A DNA stretch of 64,000 nt from an uncultured Collinsella sp. (GTDB lineage: Bacteria; Actinomycetota; Coriobacteriia; Coriobacteriales; Coriobacteriaceae). The stretch covers positions 17,646 to 81,645 of the forward strand of contig UQPT01000002.1 of the NCBI GenBank assembly GCA_900543045.1. Reading direction: 5' to 3'. The notes below the pieces were generated by a model. The model saw only the letters and a program-made list of their open reading frames with translations. It did not search any database and was not told where the DNA came from. The position numbers were made by a program, and so were the translations under genes. Every line of letters begins with the position of its first letter. The first letter of the stretch is position 1. Below, one piece after another: positions 47,588-57,690 of the stretch.

Positions 47588-48529
47588 ATGTCAGAATTCA
47601 TTAGGCCTCAGGTTCAGGTCGAAGAGATCAACGAGACGTCTGCTCGTGTCTCCGTCGAGCCGCTCGAGCGTGGCTACGGCGATACGCTGGGTAACTCCCT
47701 TCGTCGCGTTCTTCTGTCCTCGCTCGAGGGTGCCGCCGTCGAGGCTATTCAGATCGATGGTGCGCAGCACGAGTTCATGACCATCCCTAACATGGTCGAG
47801 GATGTCACCGACATCGTCCTGAATGTCAAGGGTCTTGTCTTCAGGGCTCTCGGCACGACCGACGAGGCGACCGCCACCATCTCGGTTGACGGCCCCTGCG
47901 AGGTCACCGGTGCGGACTTCTTTATTCCGTCCGAGTTTGAGCTGGTCAACCCCGAGCAGCACATCGCTACGCTCACCGAGGGTGGCCATCTCACCATGAG
48001 CATGCGCATCGGCTATGGCCGCGGCTATGTTTCTGGCGAGGCCAACAAGCGCGACAACGATCCCATCGGTGTGATCCATGTCGACTCGCTGTACTCGCCG
48101 GTTTCCCGTTGCGCCAAGCTCGTTGAGGCTTGCCGTGTCGGTCAGCATACCGACTACGACCGCCTTGTCCTCGAGATCGAGACCAACGGCTCCATCGCCC
48201 CGCGCGACGCCGTGGTCCAGGCTGCCAATATCATCAACCAGCATATGGCCGCCTTTATGAACCTTGCCGAGACCCCCGAGGTCGAGGAGGAGGCTTCGAT
48301 CTTCGCTCCCGAGGTCACCAACGACAACGCCGAGCTGGACAAGCAGATCGAGGATCTGGACCTTTCCGTCCGTTCCTACAACTGCCTTAAGCGCGCCAGC
48401 ATTCACTCGGTCCGTCAGCTCGTTGAGTTCTCGGAGAACGATCTGCTCAACATCCGTAATTTCGGTGTTAAGTCGATCGAGGAAGTGAAGGACAAGCTTG
48501 AGTCCATGGGCCTGAGCCTGAAGGCTTAA
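47588..48529 (+). CDS. rpoA: RNA polymerase alpha subunit
   Basis: EPLERGYGDTLGNSLRRVLLSS and LSVRSYNCLKR...NFGVKS. Confidence 0.98.
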   Translation: MSEFIRPQVQVEEINETSARVSVEPLERGYGDTLGNSLRRVLLSSLEGAAVEAIQIDGAQHEFMTIPNMVEDVTDIVLNVKGLVFRALGTTDEATATISVDGPCEVTGADFFIPSEFELVNPEQHIATLTEGGHLTMSMRIGYGRGYVSGEANKRDNDPIGVIHVDSLYSPVSRCAKLVEACRVGQHTDYDRLVLEIETNGSIAPRDAVVQAANIINQHMAAFMNLAETPEVEEEASIFAPEVTNDNAELDKQIEDLDLSVRSYNCLKRASIHSVRQLVEFSENDLLNIRNFGVKSIEEVKDKLESMGLSLKA

Positions 48530-48559
48530 TGCTTCGCATATTTGAGGAGAAACTAGACC

Positions 48560-49042
48560 ATGCGTCACAACGTTAAGAAGGGCCTGAAGCTCGGCACCGA
48601 TGCGAGCCACACCAAGGCCATGAAGAAGAGCCTTGCTAAGGCCCTCTTCGAGAACGACCGCATCAAGACCACCGAGACCCGCGCTAAGGCGCTGCGTTCG
48701 GTCGTCGATCCGATCATCACTTGGGCCAAGAAGGGCGACCTGCACTCTCGTCGTCTGGCTATCGCCAAGCTCGGCGATAAGCAGCTCGTTGCCGAGATCT
48801 TCGACAAGGCTGCTCAGGGCATGTGGCAGGACCGCAACGGCGGTTACACCCGCATCATGAAGCTCGGTAACCGTAAGGGCGACAACGCTCCCATCGTTAT
48901 CATGGAGCTCGTCACCGAGCCTTGCACGCCTAAGGCCAAGAAGGCTGCTCCGGCCCCCAAGAAGGCCGCTGCTCCCAAGAAGGTCGAGGCTGTCGAGGAG
49001 ACCGCTGCCGAGGAGGCTCCTGCTGAGGAGACCGCTGAGTAG
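48560..49042 (+). CDS. rplQ: 50S ribosomal protein L17 with Ala/Lys/Glu-rich tail
   Basis: IKTTETRAK and RNGGYTRIMKLG.RKGDNA. Confidence 0.98.
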   Translation: MRHNVKKGLKLGTDASHTKAMKKSLAKALFENDRIKTTETRAKALRSVVDPIITWAKKGDLHSRRLAIAKLGDKQLVAEIFDKAAQGMWQDRNGGYTRIMKLGNRKGDNAPIVIMELVTEPCTPKAKKAAPAPKKAAAPKKVEAVEETAAEEAPAEETAE

Positions 49043-49068
49043 ACATTCCGTCTGCATAGGCTATATTC

Positions 49069-49099
49069 GAGGGGTACGTTCGCGTACCCCTCTTTTTTT
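49069..49099 (+). terminator. Intrinsic terminator ending the alpha operon
   Basis: GAGGGGTACG-TTCG-CGTACCCCTC followed by a T-run. Confidence 0.88.
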
Positions 49100-49134
49100 G
49101 TCGCGATACCGTTGCTTGTTTGTTGGGAGCGCCC

Positions 49135-49959
49135 ATGACTGCGCCGTCTGATTTCAATTCGATTTCCGAGCTTGACGCCACGCTCGTATTTCGCGTGGCC
49201 TATGATGGCTCGTCGTATAGCGGATTTGCCGAGCAGCCGGGACAGACGACGGTTGCGGGTGAGCTACGTCGAGCCATCGAGACGCTGCTTCGCCGCCCGA
49301 TCGATCTGACGTGTGCGGGGCGTACCGATGCCGGCGTGCATGCCGTGGCTCAGTACATCAGCGTGCCCGTTACGGACGCTGAGCTCGCGTGTACGCGCCG
49401 TAGGTGGCTGAGGGCTATGGATGCCCTCCTGCCCAAAGATATCGCCATAAACGAGGTCTACAAGGCCCGTAGGGGCTTTTCTGCCCGCTTTGACGCGCGG
49501 TCCCGTACGTATACGTACCGTATTGCCGATCGCGATGCGCGCCCCGTGCTCTCGCGCGGTGCGGTGTGGTGGCATCGCTATCCCCTCGACGTAGATGCGA
49601 TGGCGGCCGCCTGCCCTGCGCTTTTGGGCGAGCAGGACTTTAAGAGCTTTTGCAAGGTTGCCTCTGCTGTGGGCAAGCCCACGCACCGCTGCGTGATGCG
49701 TGCGGAGTTTGGCCACGAGGTCGCTTTTGGCGAGGATATCCTGACCTTCACTATCGAGGGCAATGCGTTTTTGCACTCGATGGTGCGTACCATTGTAGGA
49801 ACGCTCGTGGAGATTGGCATGCATCGTCGCGATCCCCAGTGGATGCGCGAGGTTATTGACGCCCGTGACCGAACCGCTGCGGGTCCCACGGCGCCTGCCT
49901 GCGGCCTTACGTTTATGGGTGTGGATTACGGCCCCGACGAGCTTGTCGTTCTCGACTAG
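49135..49959 (+). CDS. truA: tRNA pseudouridine(38-40) synthase
   Basis: YDGSSYSGF, AGRTDAGVHA, FSARF and NAFLHSMVR. Confidence 0.95.
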   Translation: MTAPSDFNSISELDATLVFRVAYDGSSYSGFAEQPGQTTVAGELRRAIETLLRRPIDLTCAGRTDAGVHAVAQYISVPVTDAELACTRRRWLRAMDALLPKDIAINEVYKARRGFSARFDARSRTYTYRIADRDARPVLSRGAVWWHRYPLDVDAMAAACPALLGEQDFKSFCKVASAVGKPTHRCVMRAEFGHEVAFGEDILTFTIEGNAFLHSMVRTIVGTLVEIGMHRRDPQWMREVIDARDRTAAGPTAPACGLTFMGVDYGPDELVVLD

Positions 49960-50111
49960 GGGAGTGCTCGGCGCGTCTGTGCCTTGCACATACTATGTGT
50001 GAGCTGCGCGTGTGCAACATCTGTTCTTGGCGTGCAACATGTTAGGCGGCTCGTTGCTTTTATAGCTCGGGTGTACCATGAACGACAGTTTGATTTGGTG
50101 CTATCGAGAGG

Positions 50112-51161
50112 ATGGAAAACTTGGTTCGACGTGGTTCGCATCCGCGACTTTCGGTGATCCTTGTGGTAGAAGGTTCGCCCAGCTATGCGATGCGTGCGCT
50201 CGAGAGTATCCAGAACCAAGACCTCTACGATTTGCAGATTGTCGTTGTCTGCCGCGATGCTGCGCCCGGTGTGCGCCATTCGCTTCAAGTTGCTGCCGAC
50301 AGGGACATCCATATTGATTTGATTGACGTCGAGGACGCGAAGCGCGGCGCTTGTCTTCGTGCCGGTTTTGATGCCTCGCGCGGCTCTCAAATCATCGCCA
50401 TGAACGCCGATGAGTGGTTTGCTCCGCAGGCCCTTTCCAAGATGGTCGATATCGCGTGCGATACTGCGGCAGACATTGTGCTCCCCTCGGTGTCGCTCGA
50501 TCGATACGATGCGCATCGCGAGCGTCATTCGCGCGTCTTGGATGCTGCCTCTATTGCCATAGAAGACGAGTCTTCTATGGTGACTGGGCTGCCCCAGTTG
50601 ATTTTGGGCGGCCTAGTCGCTCAGACCTCTGGCGTGATGTATAGCCGTCCGCTGTTTGAGGCATGCCTGTCGCGCGGCAAGGCGTACCGTACGGTTGAGT
50701 TTATGGCTTATGCGCTCTCGCAGGCACGATTCGTGTCCGGCTGCGGCGACGCTTGTTTCCACGCGGCGGCACCTAAGCTTACAGATGCCTTTGATCCCAC
50801 CATGTATGCCAGGATATCCGATGACACTCGAGCGCTCGACGAGCTTGCGGACTCACTCTCGGAAGCAGATAGCGGTGGTCGGCTCAAGCTGGCAAGCCAA
50901 AAGTTCTACTTTGCCGGACTGGTCGCCTGCATCGAGAATTTGTGTCTGAGCCCGCATGGGGTGTCGTCAATCGAGCGTTCCGCCCGCATGCGTGATATGC
51001 TCGAGGCGCCTCGAACCCGTCAGATGGTCGCCGCGCTCAAGGATAACCATCGGGGACTCGGTCTGTTGTTTGGGCCGATCGCCAGCGCCAAGCCCGCGCG
51101 CTGCGTGATGTGTACGCATCTGGCAGCTTTTCTTAACCGGACGGGCGCAAAAACCGCCTAA
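50112..51161 (+). CDS. Glycosyltransferase family 2-like protein (divergent)
   Basis: GT-A-like N-terminus LSVILVV...ALESIQNQ...LQIVVV; NADE at the usual DxDD position. Confidence 0.6.
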   Translation: MENLVRRGSHPRLSVILVVEGSPSYAMRALESIQNQDLYDLQIVVVCRDAAPGVRHSLQVAADRDIHIDLIDVEDAKRGACLRAGFDASRGSQIIAMNADEWFAPQALSKMVDIACDTAADIVLPSVSLDRYDAHRERHSRVLDAASIAIEDESSMVTGLPQLILGGLVAQTSGVMYSRPLFEACLSRGKAYRTVEFMAYALSQARFVSGCGDACFHAAAPKLTDAFDPTMYARISDDTRALDELADSLSEADSGGRLKLASQKFYFAGLVACIENLCLSPHGVSSIERSARMRDMLEAPRTRQMVAALKDNHRGLGLLFGPIASAKPARCVMCTHLAAFLNRTGAKTA

Positions 51162-51182
51162 ACGGCTCATTACGAAACAAAC

Positions 51183-51220
51183 TTGCATAGAATTGTTTCG
51201 AAATGCGTTCTTATACACAA
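51183..51220. promoter_or_regulatory. Possible tandem ARG boxes upstream of argR
   Basis: TTGCATAGAATTGTTT and ATGCGTTCTTATACAC loosely match the TG(A/C)AT-N4-AT(T/G)CA ARG box. Confidence 0.35.
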
Positions 51221-51293
51221 AAGCCTTCAAATAGCGTTAAACTATTCAATCACTGATTGATTGTCTCCGCCATCTTTTGGAGAGAGGGTTTGT

Positions 51294-51731
51294 ATGGCTA
51301 AAAAACGCAATGGGCGCCAGGATGCCATTAGAGATATTGTGCGCAATAAGGATGTCCGCACGCAGCGCGTGCTGGTCGATGAGCTCCGTGCTATGGGCTT
51401 TGATTGCACGCAGGCGACTGTCTCTCGCGATATTGCCGATATGGGGCTGCGTAAGCTCCCTGAGGGCATCTATGTTCTGGCAGAGGACCTGCACCTGCAG
51501 CGTATGGTTTCCGAGCTCGTAACGGGCGTTCTGCGTACTGATAATCTGGTTATGATCAAGGCTCAGCCTGGCACGGCTTCCGGCATCGCCGCCGCCGTTG
51601 ATGCGGCAGAGTTACCCGATGTGCTTGGCTCGCTTGCCGGCAACGATACGATTTTGGTTATTGCCCAGACGGCCGAGGACGGCGAGCGTCTCGAGGCGCT
51701 GATCAATAAGTTGAGCAATTCTCGCAAGTAG
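51294..51731 (+). CDS. argR: Arginine repressor
   Basis: TQATVSRDI wHTH and GSLAGNDT arginine-binding motif. Confidence 0.95.
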   Translation: MAKKRNGRQDAIRDIVRNKDVRTQRVLVDELRAMGFDCTQATVSRDIADMGLRKLPEGIYVLAEDLHLQRMVSELVTGVLRTDNLVMIKAQPGTASGIAAAVDAAELPDVLGSLAGNDTILVIAQTAEDGERLEALINKLSNSRK

Positions 51732-51856
51732 GTGTGCGGGTCGTGCGCTCGGCATTGTGTGCGCTGACATAGTGGCTTGTAAGGGGCATCGACGTTGGTC
51801 GGTACCCCTTTTTGTTTGCCGGTATAAAGACCGCCCACCAGGTCGCTTCAAACTAA

Positions 51857-51893
51857 AAGGCCCCGAGCAGTTCAATAAGCTGCTCGGGGCCTT
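51857..51893. terminator. Terminator between convergent argR and PBP genes
   Basis: AAGGCCCCGAGCAG / CTGCTCGGGGCCTT. Confidence 0.75.
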
Positions 51894-51915
51894 GTTGGCT
51901 TTAGTCGCGTACTTC

Positions 51916-54120
51916 TTAGCCGACCGTATCGTCAGGCGTGGGCGAGGGGTCGGGAGTGGGCGTAGGCGTAGGCGTAGGCGTAGGCGTGCCGCCATCGCCG
52001 CCGGTCGAACCACCAGTGGAGCCACCCGTCGAGCCACCGGTCGTACCGGTGCCGCCGGTGGTGTCGCCGCCCGTGGTCTCGGTGGTCGTGGTCGTCGTGG
52101 TAGTCGTTGTGGTGGTTTCCTCTTCCTCTTCGTCCTTGTCCTTGTCGTCGTTCTCCGACTTCTTGGTGTTGTTGGTGCCGTAGAACTTCCAGACGCTGTT
52201 GTTCTTGTAGGTGGGCGCCGTTCCGGTCGCAAACTCCTCGCGCTCGGTACCGGTCAGAACGGTGTTCATAAACCGCTTAAAGACAGGCAGGTTGGTGCTG
52301 TCGCCCAGCAGGTCCGTGCCGTACTTTTGGATGGGGATCTCGCCCGCGGAATAGCCGGTCCACAGGGCGCACGCCAGCTGCGGGGTATAGCCGCAGAACC
52401 ACAGGTTGGTGGTGTTGTCGGTGGTGCCCGTCTTGCCGGCATAGGGCTGGTTGACACTCAGAGCGCCGGCAGCACCCGTACCGCTGCCCTTCATGACGCC
52501 GGACAGAACATCGGTGACCGCGGCGGCCTCGCCCTCGGTAAGCACCTGTGAGGGATTGTCGGTGTGCTGGTACAGCACCGAACCGGTACGAGAGTCAATC
52601 TCGGTGATGGCGATCGGCTGGCGATAGTAGCCGCCGTTGGCAAATGTCGCGTAGGCGGCGGCCATCTCGAGCGGCGAGATCGAGCCGGTGCCGAGGGTCA
52701 TGACGGGAACGTCCTCGATGTTGTCCTTGGCGGGGTCGATGCCGAGCTTTTTGACGAGCGAGATGATCTTGCTGTTACCGACGGCTTCCGCCACCTGGAT
52801 GTAGCCGGTGTTGGAGGAGTATGCCGTCGCCTGCTTAAGCGTGATGTTGCCATAGCTCTGGTTGGCGTAATTTTGGACCTCGGTCGTGGTGCCCTTGGCC
52901 TTGAGCGGCGAGTTGCAGTTGAGGGTGACGTTGGGGTTCATGCCGTTTTGGATGGCAGTTGCCAGCGTAAAGGCCTTAAAGGTGGAGCCGACGGGACGCT
53001 TGGCCGTGGCATGGTTTACGTGGTTCTCGTCGGCGTTGTAGTCGTAGCCGCCCACCATGCACTTGATGTAGCCGGTCTTGGGGTCGACGACGACCATGCC
53101 CATGTCCAGGCCGTCAAGCGAGAGCGTGTCGAGCTGCTCGCGGACGGCATTCTCTGCCACCTGCTGCATCGTGGGGTCGATGGTGGTCTTGACGGTCAGG
53201 CCGCCCTTAAAGAGCACGTCGGTCGAGAACTCCTGCTCCAGCAGCTGCTTGACGTAGGAGACAAAGTAGGGCTGCGAGTATACGTCGACGCCGCTGCCCG
53301 AGATTTCGGTCACATTGAGGGTGATGGGTTCGGCCTGTGCGGCATCGTGCTCCTCCTGGGTGATGTGGCCCAGGCGCAACATGTTGTCGAGGACCTTGTT
53401 GCGACGGGACAGCGCCAGGTCGGGGTTGACCGTGGGGTCGTACTGCGAGGGCGAGTTGGGAAGGCCGATCAACAGCGCGGCCTCGCTCAGGGTGAGGTCG
53501 GCGGCGCTCTTGGACAGATAGGTCTCGGCTGCGGCCTCGATGCCGTAGGCGCCGTGGCCGTAATAGATGGTGTTGAGGTACATCATGAGGATCTCGTCTT
53601 TGGAGTACATGTCCTCCATCTTGATAGCGATGTAGGCCTCGCGCACCTTACGCTCAATGGTCGAGTCGAATTGCTCCTCCTGCAGGATGGTGTTGCGCAC
53701 AAGCTGCTGGGTGATCGTCGAGGCGCCTTCGTGCCCGCCGCCGAGGGTTGCCACCGCAGCACGCGCGATACCCCACAGGTCGATACCGCCGTGCTCGTAG
53801 AAGCGCTCGTCCTCGACGTCAACGGTGCCCTGCAGCACGTAGGGGGAGACCTCGTCCTTGGTGATGGACTTGCGGTTTTGCGTGTAGAAGCTCGCGATCT
53901 TGTTGCCGTTGCAGTCGACGATCTCGGTGGGCTCGCTCACCAGATACGCGTTGGCGTCGGTGTAGTCGGGCAGATCGGACAGCCAGCGGTTGACGTTACC
54001 GAGCATGCCGATGCCAAACGCCACGCCCGCAATCAGCAGAAAGCCCAAAAACGAGAGCAGGATTATGGGCAGGGCGTGCGTCTTTGAACGGCTGTGTCCC
54101 TGTCGTTGGCGAGGACCCAT
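51916..54120 (-). CDS. Class A penicillin-binding protein (transglycosylase/transpeptidase)
   Basis: EDERFYEHGG, GASTITQQL, RKVRE, GSTFK (SxxK), SSN, KTGT; N-terminal TM; Thr/Gly/Pro-rich tail; RBS GGAGG before ATG 54120. Confidence 0.93.
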   Translation of the reverse strand: MGPRQRQGHSRSKTHALPIILLSFLGFLLIAGVAFGIGMLGNVNRWLSDLPDYTDANAYLVSEPTEIVDCNGNKIASFYTQNRKSITKDEVSPYVLQGTVDVEDERFYEHGGIDLWGIARAAVATLGGGHEGASTITQQLVRNTILQEEQFDSTIERKVREAYIAIKMEDMYSKDEILMMYLNTIYYGHGAYGIEAAAETYLSKSAADLTLSEAALLIGLPNSPSQYDPTVNPDLALSRRNKVLDNMLRLGHITQEEHDAAQAEPITLNVTEISGSGVDVYSQPYFVSYVKQLLEQEFSTDVLFKGGLTVKTTIDPTMQQVAENAVREQLDTLSLDGLDMGMVVVDPKTGYIKCMVGGYDYNADENHVNHATAKRPVGSTFKAFTLATAIQNGMNPNVTLNCNSPLKAKGTTTEVQNYANQSYGNITLKQATAYSSNTGYIQVAEAVGNSKIISLVKKLGIDPAKDNIEDVPVMTLGTGSISPLEMAAAYATFANGGYYRQPIAITEIDSRTGSVLYQHTDNPSQVLTEGEAAAVTDVLSGVMKGSGTGAAGALSVNQPYAGKTGTTDNTTNLWFCGYTPQLACALWTGYSAGEIPIQKYGTDLLGDSTNLPVFKRFMNTVLTGTEREEFATGTAPTYKNNSVWKFYGTNNTKKSENDDKDKDEEEEETTTTTTTTTTTTETTGGDTTGGTGTTGGSTGGSTGGSTGGDGGTPTPTPTPTPTPDPSPTPDDTVG

Positions 54121-54282
54121 ATATTGACCTCCAGGTATGTCGTGCCAGACGGTGGATGTGCCGTCGGGGCAGGATGGACATAAGTTATTACACGATAAAC
54201 CAAACGGGGCGCGCGAGGCCTCGTGTATGCTGGAAGACGGCATTTTTCAGAGTGAATGCATACCTTGGTAAGGAGTTTGTCG

Positions 54283-56241
54283 ATGGCGATTCGGACGATG
54301 GGGCCGAGCGGACAATACGAGACTGGATTGGATGCTGCCGGTGCGGCGCTGCCCGAGCTGCTGGCGCCGGCGGGCGGGCTCGACCAGATGCTTGCGGCCA
54401 TCGCCGCGGGCGCCGATGCCATCTATGCGGGGTTGGGCGGCTTTAACGCCCGTGTGAGCGCCCATGGCTTTACGGATAACGAGTTTGCGCGCGGCTGCGC
54501 CGTGGCGCATGCCCATGGCGTGCGTGTGTACGTAACGCTCAACGTGTTCGTGTTTGACGATGAGTTGTCCGACGCGGTGGCGTTGGGAGCTCATGCACTG
54601 GAGCTGGGCGCCGATGCTCTGATTGTCGCCGATGCCGGGTTGGCCTGCGCGCTGCGCGCGGCGATTCCCGGGGTCGAGATTCACCTGTCCACGCAGGCGG
54701 GCGCTCATAGCGAGGGTGCCGTGCGGCTTGCCGCCGATGAGCTGGGGGTCGAGCGCGTGACGACGGCACGCGAGCTGACGGTCGACGAGATTGCGGCGCT
54801 ATGTGCCACGGGCGTGCCCATCGAGGTATTCTGCCACGGTGCGATTTGCATCGGCTATTCGGGGGCGTGCGAGTTCTCGGCCCTGCGGCGTGGACGATCG
54901 GCGATGCGCGGCGACTGCACGCAGCCGTGCCGTCTGGCGTACGACCTAGTGGACGAGGCGGGGCAGAGCGTTGTCGCCGTTGAGGGGGATCGTCTGCTGT
55001 GTCCGCATGACTATCTGGGTATTGCGCATCTGCCCGAGCTTGTAGATGCTGGCGTTGCGTCGCTCAAGATCGAGGGACGCATGAAGAACCCCGATTACGT
55101 ATTCAACGTGGTGCGGGTTTGGCGCCGGGCGCTCGATATGCTGCGCGACGGCGCGTGGGACCCCGGTGCCGTGGAAGAGCTTGAGCGCGAGCTGGGAAGG
55201 TCGTTTAACCGTGGGTTTACCGATGCGTACCTGCGAGGGCGTTCGGGTGCCGAGCTGATGAGCTTTGAGCGTGCAATTAACCAGGGCGTGCGCGTGGGGC
55301 GCTTGGTCGCTGTGGGCCACGAAGAGGTGACCGTTGAGCTCGATGCCGCCGTGGCGGCGGGTGACACGCTCGAGATTCGGTTCTATCCGGGCGTCGACGC
55401 GCGCCCCGATGTGCCCAAGCGCTGGCCGCAGGTGCCTTGCCCCGTGGATGGTGCGGCGGGGGAGCGCATCGTCGTCCATTGCAAGCGCAAGGTGGATGCG
55501 GGCTGCGAGGTGTACCTGATTCGTAGCGCCGGCGTGTTGGAGCAGATGGCGACGGTGTTGGAGCACATGCGGGCCGAGGCGGATGCGATTGCGCCCGTTG
55601 CGCGTGCCGTTGGGGCGTTGCCGTTTGAGGGCGTTGCGGTGGATGGCGGTGCGTCGACGGAGTTGGTGGAGTGCGCGGTTCCCGCTCGCATGGTTTTTGC
55701 TTGGCAGCTGATGGATGCCGACCCGCGCGGAGAACTCGATTTGTCCGACGCCGTTGTGGTGCTTGACGAGGTGTGCCGCGCTGGTGACGCTGACCGGACC
55801 TGCTCACTGATGCAGCGTGTCGGGCGCGTCGTCTGCCGCAACCTGGGACAGGTGGTGATCGCTCGCGAGCTGGGCGTGACGTTTGACGTGGCGGCGCCGG
55901 TATTCTGCGCGAATCGGGCCACGCTTGCCTGGCTACGCGGGCTCGGCGCGGGGCGGGTGTACTTGCCGGCCGAGTTGCTCGGCAATGATGCGGAGCGTAT
56001 TGCCGAACTGACGGCTGAACCTGGTGTTCTGGGCCCCGTCGATGCCGATTGCCCCGAGCTCATGGTGTGCGAGCACTGCTTGCTGACCGCCGAGGGCGTC
56101 TGCGCTACGGATACGACGGGGCAGGTCCATTGTCGTGACTGCTCGCGCCGTCAGCAAACACGCTATTTGGTCGAGCGCGACGGCTCGCGCCTACCGGTCG
56201 CCGTCGATGCGCGCGGCAGGACGAGGATTTTCCTGTCGTAG
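54283..56241 (+). CDS. Peptidase U32 family protein, second RlhA-like paralog
   Basis: ELLAPAG, HLSTQ, HGAICIGYSGAC, SAMRGDCTQPCR and LKIEGRMK. Confidence 0.85.
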   Translation: MAIRTMGPSGQYETGLDAAGAALPELLAPAGGLDQMLAAIAAGADAIYAGLGGFNARVSAHGFTDNEFARGCAVAHAHGVRVYVTLNVFVFDDELSDAVALGAHALELGADALIVADAGLACALRAAIPGVEIHLSTQAGAHSEGAVRLAADELGVERVTTARELTVDEIAALCATGVPIEVFCHGAICIGYSGACEFSALRRGRSAMRGDCTQPCRLAYDLVDEAGQSVVAVEGDRLLCPHDYLGIAHLPELVDAGVASLKIEGRMKNPDYVFNVVRVWRRALDMLRDGAWDPGAVEELERELGRSFNRGFTDAYLRGRSGAELMSFERAINQGVRVGRLVAVGHEEVTVELDAAVAAGDTLEIRFYPGVDARPDVPKRWPQVPCPVDGAAGERIVVHCKRKVDAGCEVYLIRSAGVLEQMATVLEHMRAEADAIAPVARAVGALPFEGVAVDGGASTELVECAVPARMVFAWQLMDADPRGELDLSDAVVVLDEVCRAGDADRTCSLMQRVGRVVCRNLGQVVIARELGVTFDVAAPVFCANRATLAWLRGLGAGRVYLPAELLGNDAERIAELTAEPGVLGPVDADCPELMVCEHCLLTAEGVCATDTTGQVHCRDCSRRQQTRYLVERDGSRLPVAVDARGRTRIFLS

Positions 56242-56338
56242 GTGTCGCGTCGCGCCGTTTTGGTTATCATAAGTGAGTTTATGAACTTCCAGCACCGCCG
56301 TATCCGGTGAGGGTGCTATAGCAAAAGGAGGATACCCA

Positions 56339-57550
56339 ATGCTGTCTGTTGACGAGCAAATGCGTATCATCACCTCGGGCGCTGCGAAGATCGTCCCCGA
56401 GGCCGACCTTCGTAAGAAGCTTGAGAAGGGCGAGCCTCTCAACATCAAGCTCGGCGTCGACCCCACCAGCCCCGACCTGCACCTGGGCCATGCCGTGCCG
56501 CTGCGCAAGATGCGCCAGTTCCAGGATCTGGGCCACAACGTCACCCTCATTATCGGCAACGGTACCGCGCTGATCGGCGACCCCTCGGGCAAGAACTCCA
56601 CCCGCCCGCAGCTTTCGCAGGAGCAGATCGAGGCCAATGCCGAGACCTACGTGAGCCAGGCCATGAAGATCCTGGATCCCGAGAAGACCACCATCGTGCA
56701 CAACGGTGACTGGATCTTGTCGATGGATCTGGCCGGTCTGCTTCAGGTGTGCTCCAAGTTCACCGTTGCCCGTATCCTCGAGCGCGACGACTTTACCAAG
56801 CGCTACCAGTCTCAGACGCCGATCGCCCTGCATGAGTTCCTGTATCCCGTGATGCAGGCATACGATTCGGTCATGATTAAGGCTGACGTGGAGATGGGCG
56901 GCACCGATCAGCTCTTCAACCTGCTCGCCGGCCGTGAGCTCATGGAGAAGATGGGCATGGAGCCGCAGATCGCGCTTACCATGCCGCTGCTCGAGGGCAC
57001 CGACGGCGTGCGTAAGATGTCCAAGTCCTACGGCAACTACATCGGCCTGACCGACGCGCCCAAGGATATGTTCGGCAAAACCATGTCCATCCCCGACGAG
57101 ATGATCGGCAAGTACTACCGCCTGGCGAGCTCGCTCGCCCCGGCCGAGGTCGACAAGATCGACGCCGCTCTGGCCGATGGCTCTGCCGACCCCTATGAGC
57201 TCAAGCGTGCCCTGGGCCGCGACCTGTGCGACACCTACCACGGCGCCGGTGCCGGTGACGAGGCTCAGGCGGAGTTCGACCGCGTGTTCAAGGAGGGGCA
57301 GCTTGCCGACTTCCCCGAGAAGCATGTTGAGCTGACCGTCAACGACGAGGGCCAGATCTACCTCGCCGGCCTGCTCAAGGACCTGGGTCTTTCGGCCAGC
57401 GCCGGCCAGGCCCGCCGCGATATCGACGGCGGCGGCGTCAAGATCAACGGCGAGGCCGTGGCTCCCAAGAGCTACAACATCGATCCGAGCGCCCTCAAGC
57501 TGGGCGACACCCTCTCCGTGGGCAAGCGCAAGGGCTTCAAGTTGGTCTAG
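56339..57550 (+). CDS. tyrS: Tyrosine--tRNA ligase
   Basis: GVDPTSPDLHLGH, GGTDQ, KMSKS and a C-terminal S4 domain. Confidence 0.97.
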   Translation: MLSVDEQMRIITSGAAKIVPEADLRKKLEKGEPLNIKLGVDPTSPDLHLGHAVPLRKMRQFQDLGHNVTLIIGNGTALIGDPSGKNSTRPQLSQEQIEANAETYVSQAMKILDPEKTTIVHNGDWILSMDLAGLLQVCSKFTVARILERDDFTKRYQSQTPIALHEFLYPVMQAYDSVMIKADVEMGGTDQLFNLLAGRELMEKMGMEPQIALTMPLLEGTDGVRKMSKSYGNYIGLTDAPKDMFGKTMSIPDEMIGKYYRLASSLAPAEVDKIDAALADGSADPYELKRALGRDLCDTYHGAGAGDEAQAEFDRVFKEGQLADFPEKHVELTVNDEGQIYLAGLLKDLGLSASAGQARRDIDGGGVKINGEAVAPKSYNIDPSALKLGDTLSVGKRKGFKLV

Positions 57551-57579
57551 TAAGTAGGTTAACCTAACATGTGCAATAG

Positions 57580-57615
57580 GGCCGCAGCCGGAACGATTCC
57601 GACTGCGGCCTTTTT
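57580..57615 (+). terminator. Intrinsic terminator after tyrS
   Basis: GGCCGCAGCCGGAA / TTCCGACTGCGGCC followed by TTTTT. Confidence 0.8.
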
Positions 57616-57620
57616 GGCAC

Positions 57621-57690
57621 TTGGGGACGTTCCTTTTGTGTCGGCACTTTGGGACACTCCTTGTCATTGGTACAAAGCAACCTGTCCCCA
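57621..57690. repeat. GGGGAC-family repeat cluster
   Basis: TTGGGGACGTTCC and TTGGGACACTCC 27 bp apart, then an inverted CCTGTCCCCA. Confidence 0.7.

Noticed and set aside
56242..56338. T-box leader for tyrS
   Set aside because: The intergenic region is under 100 bp and lacks the T-box consensus.
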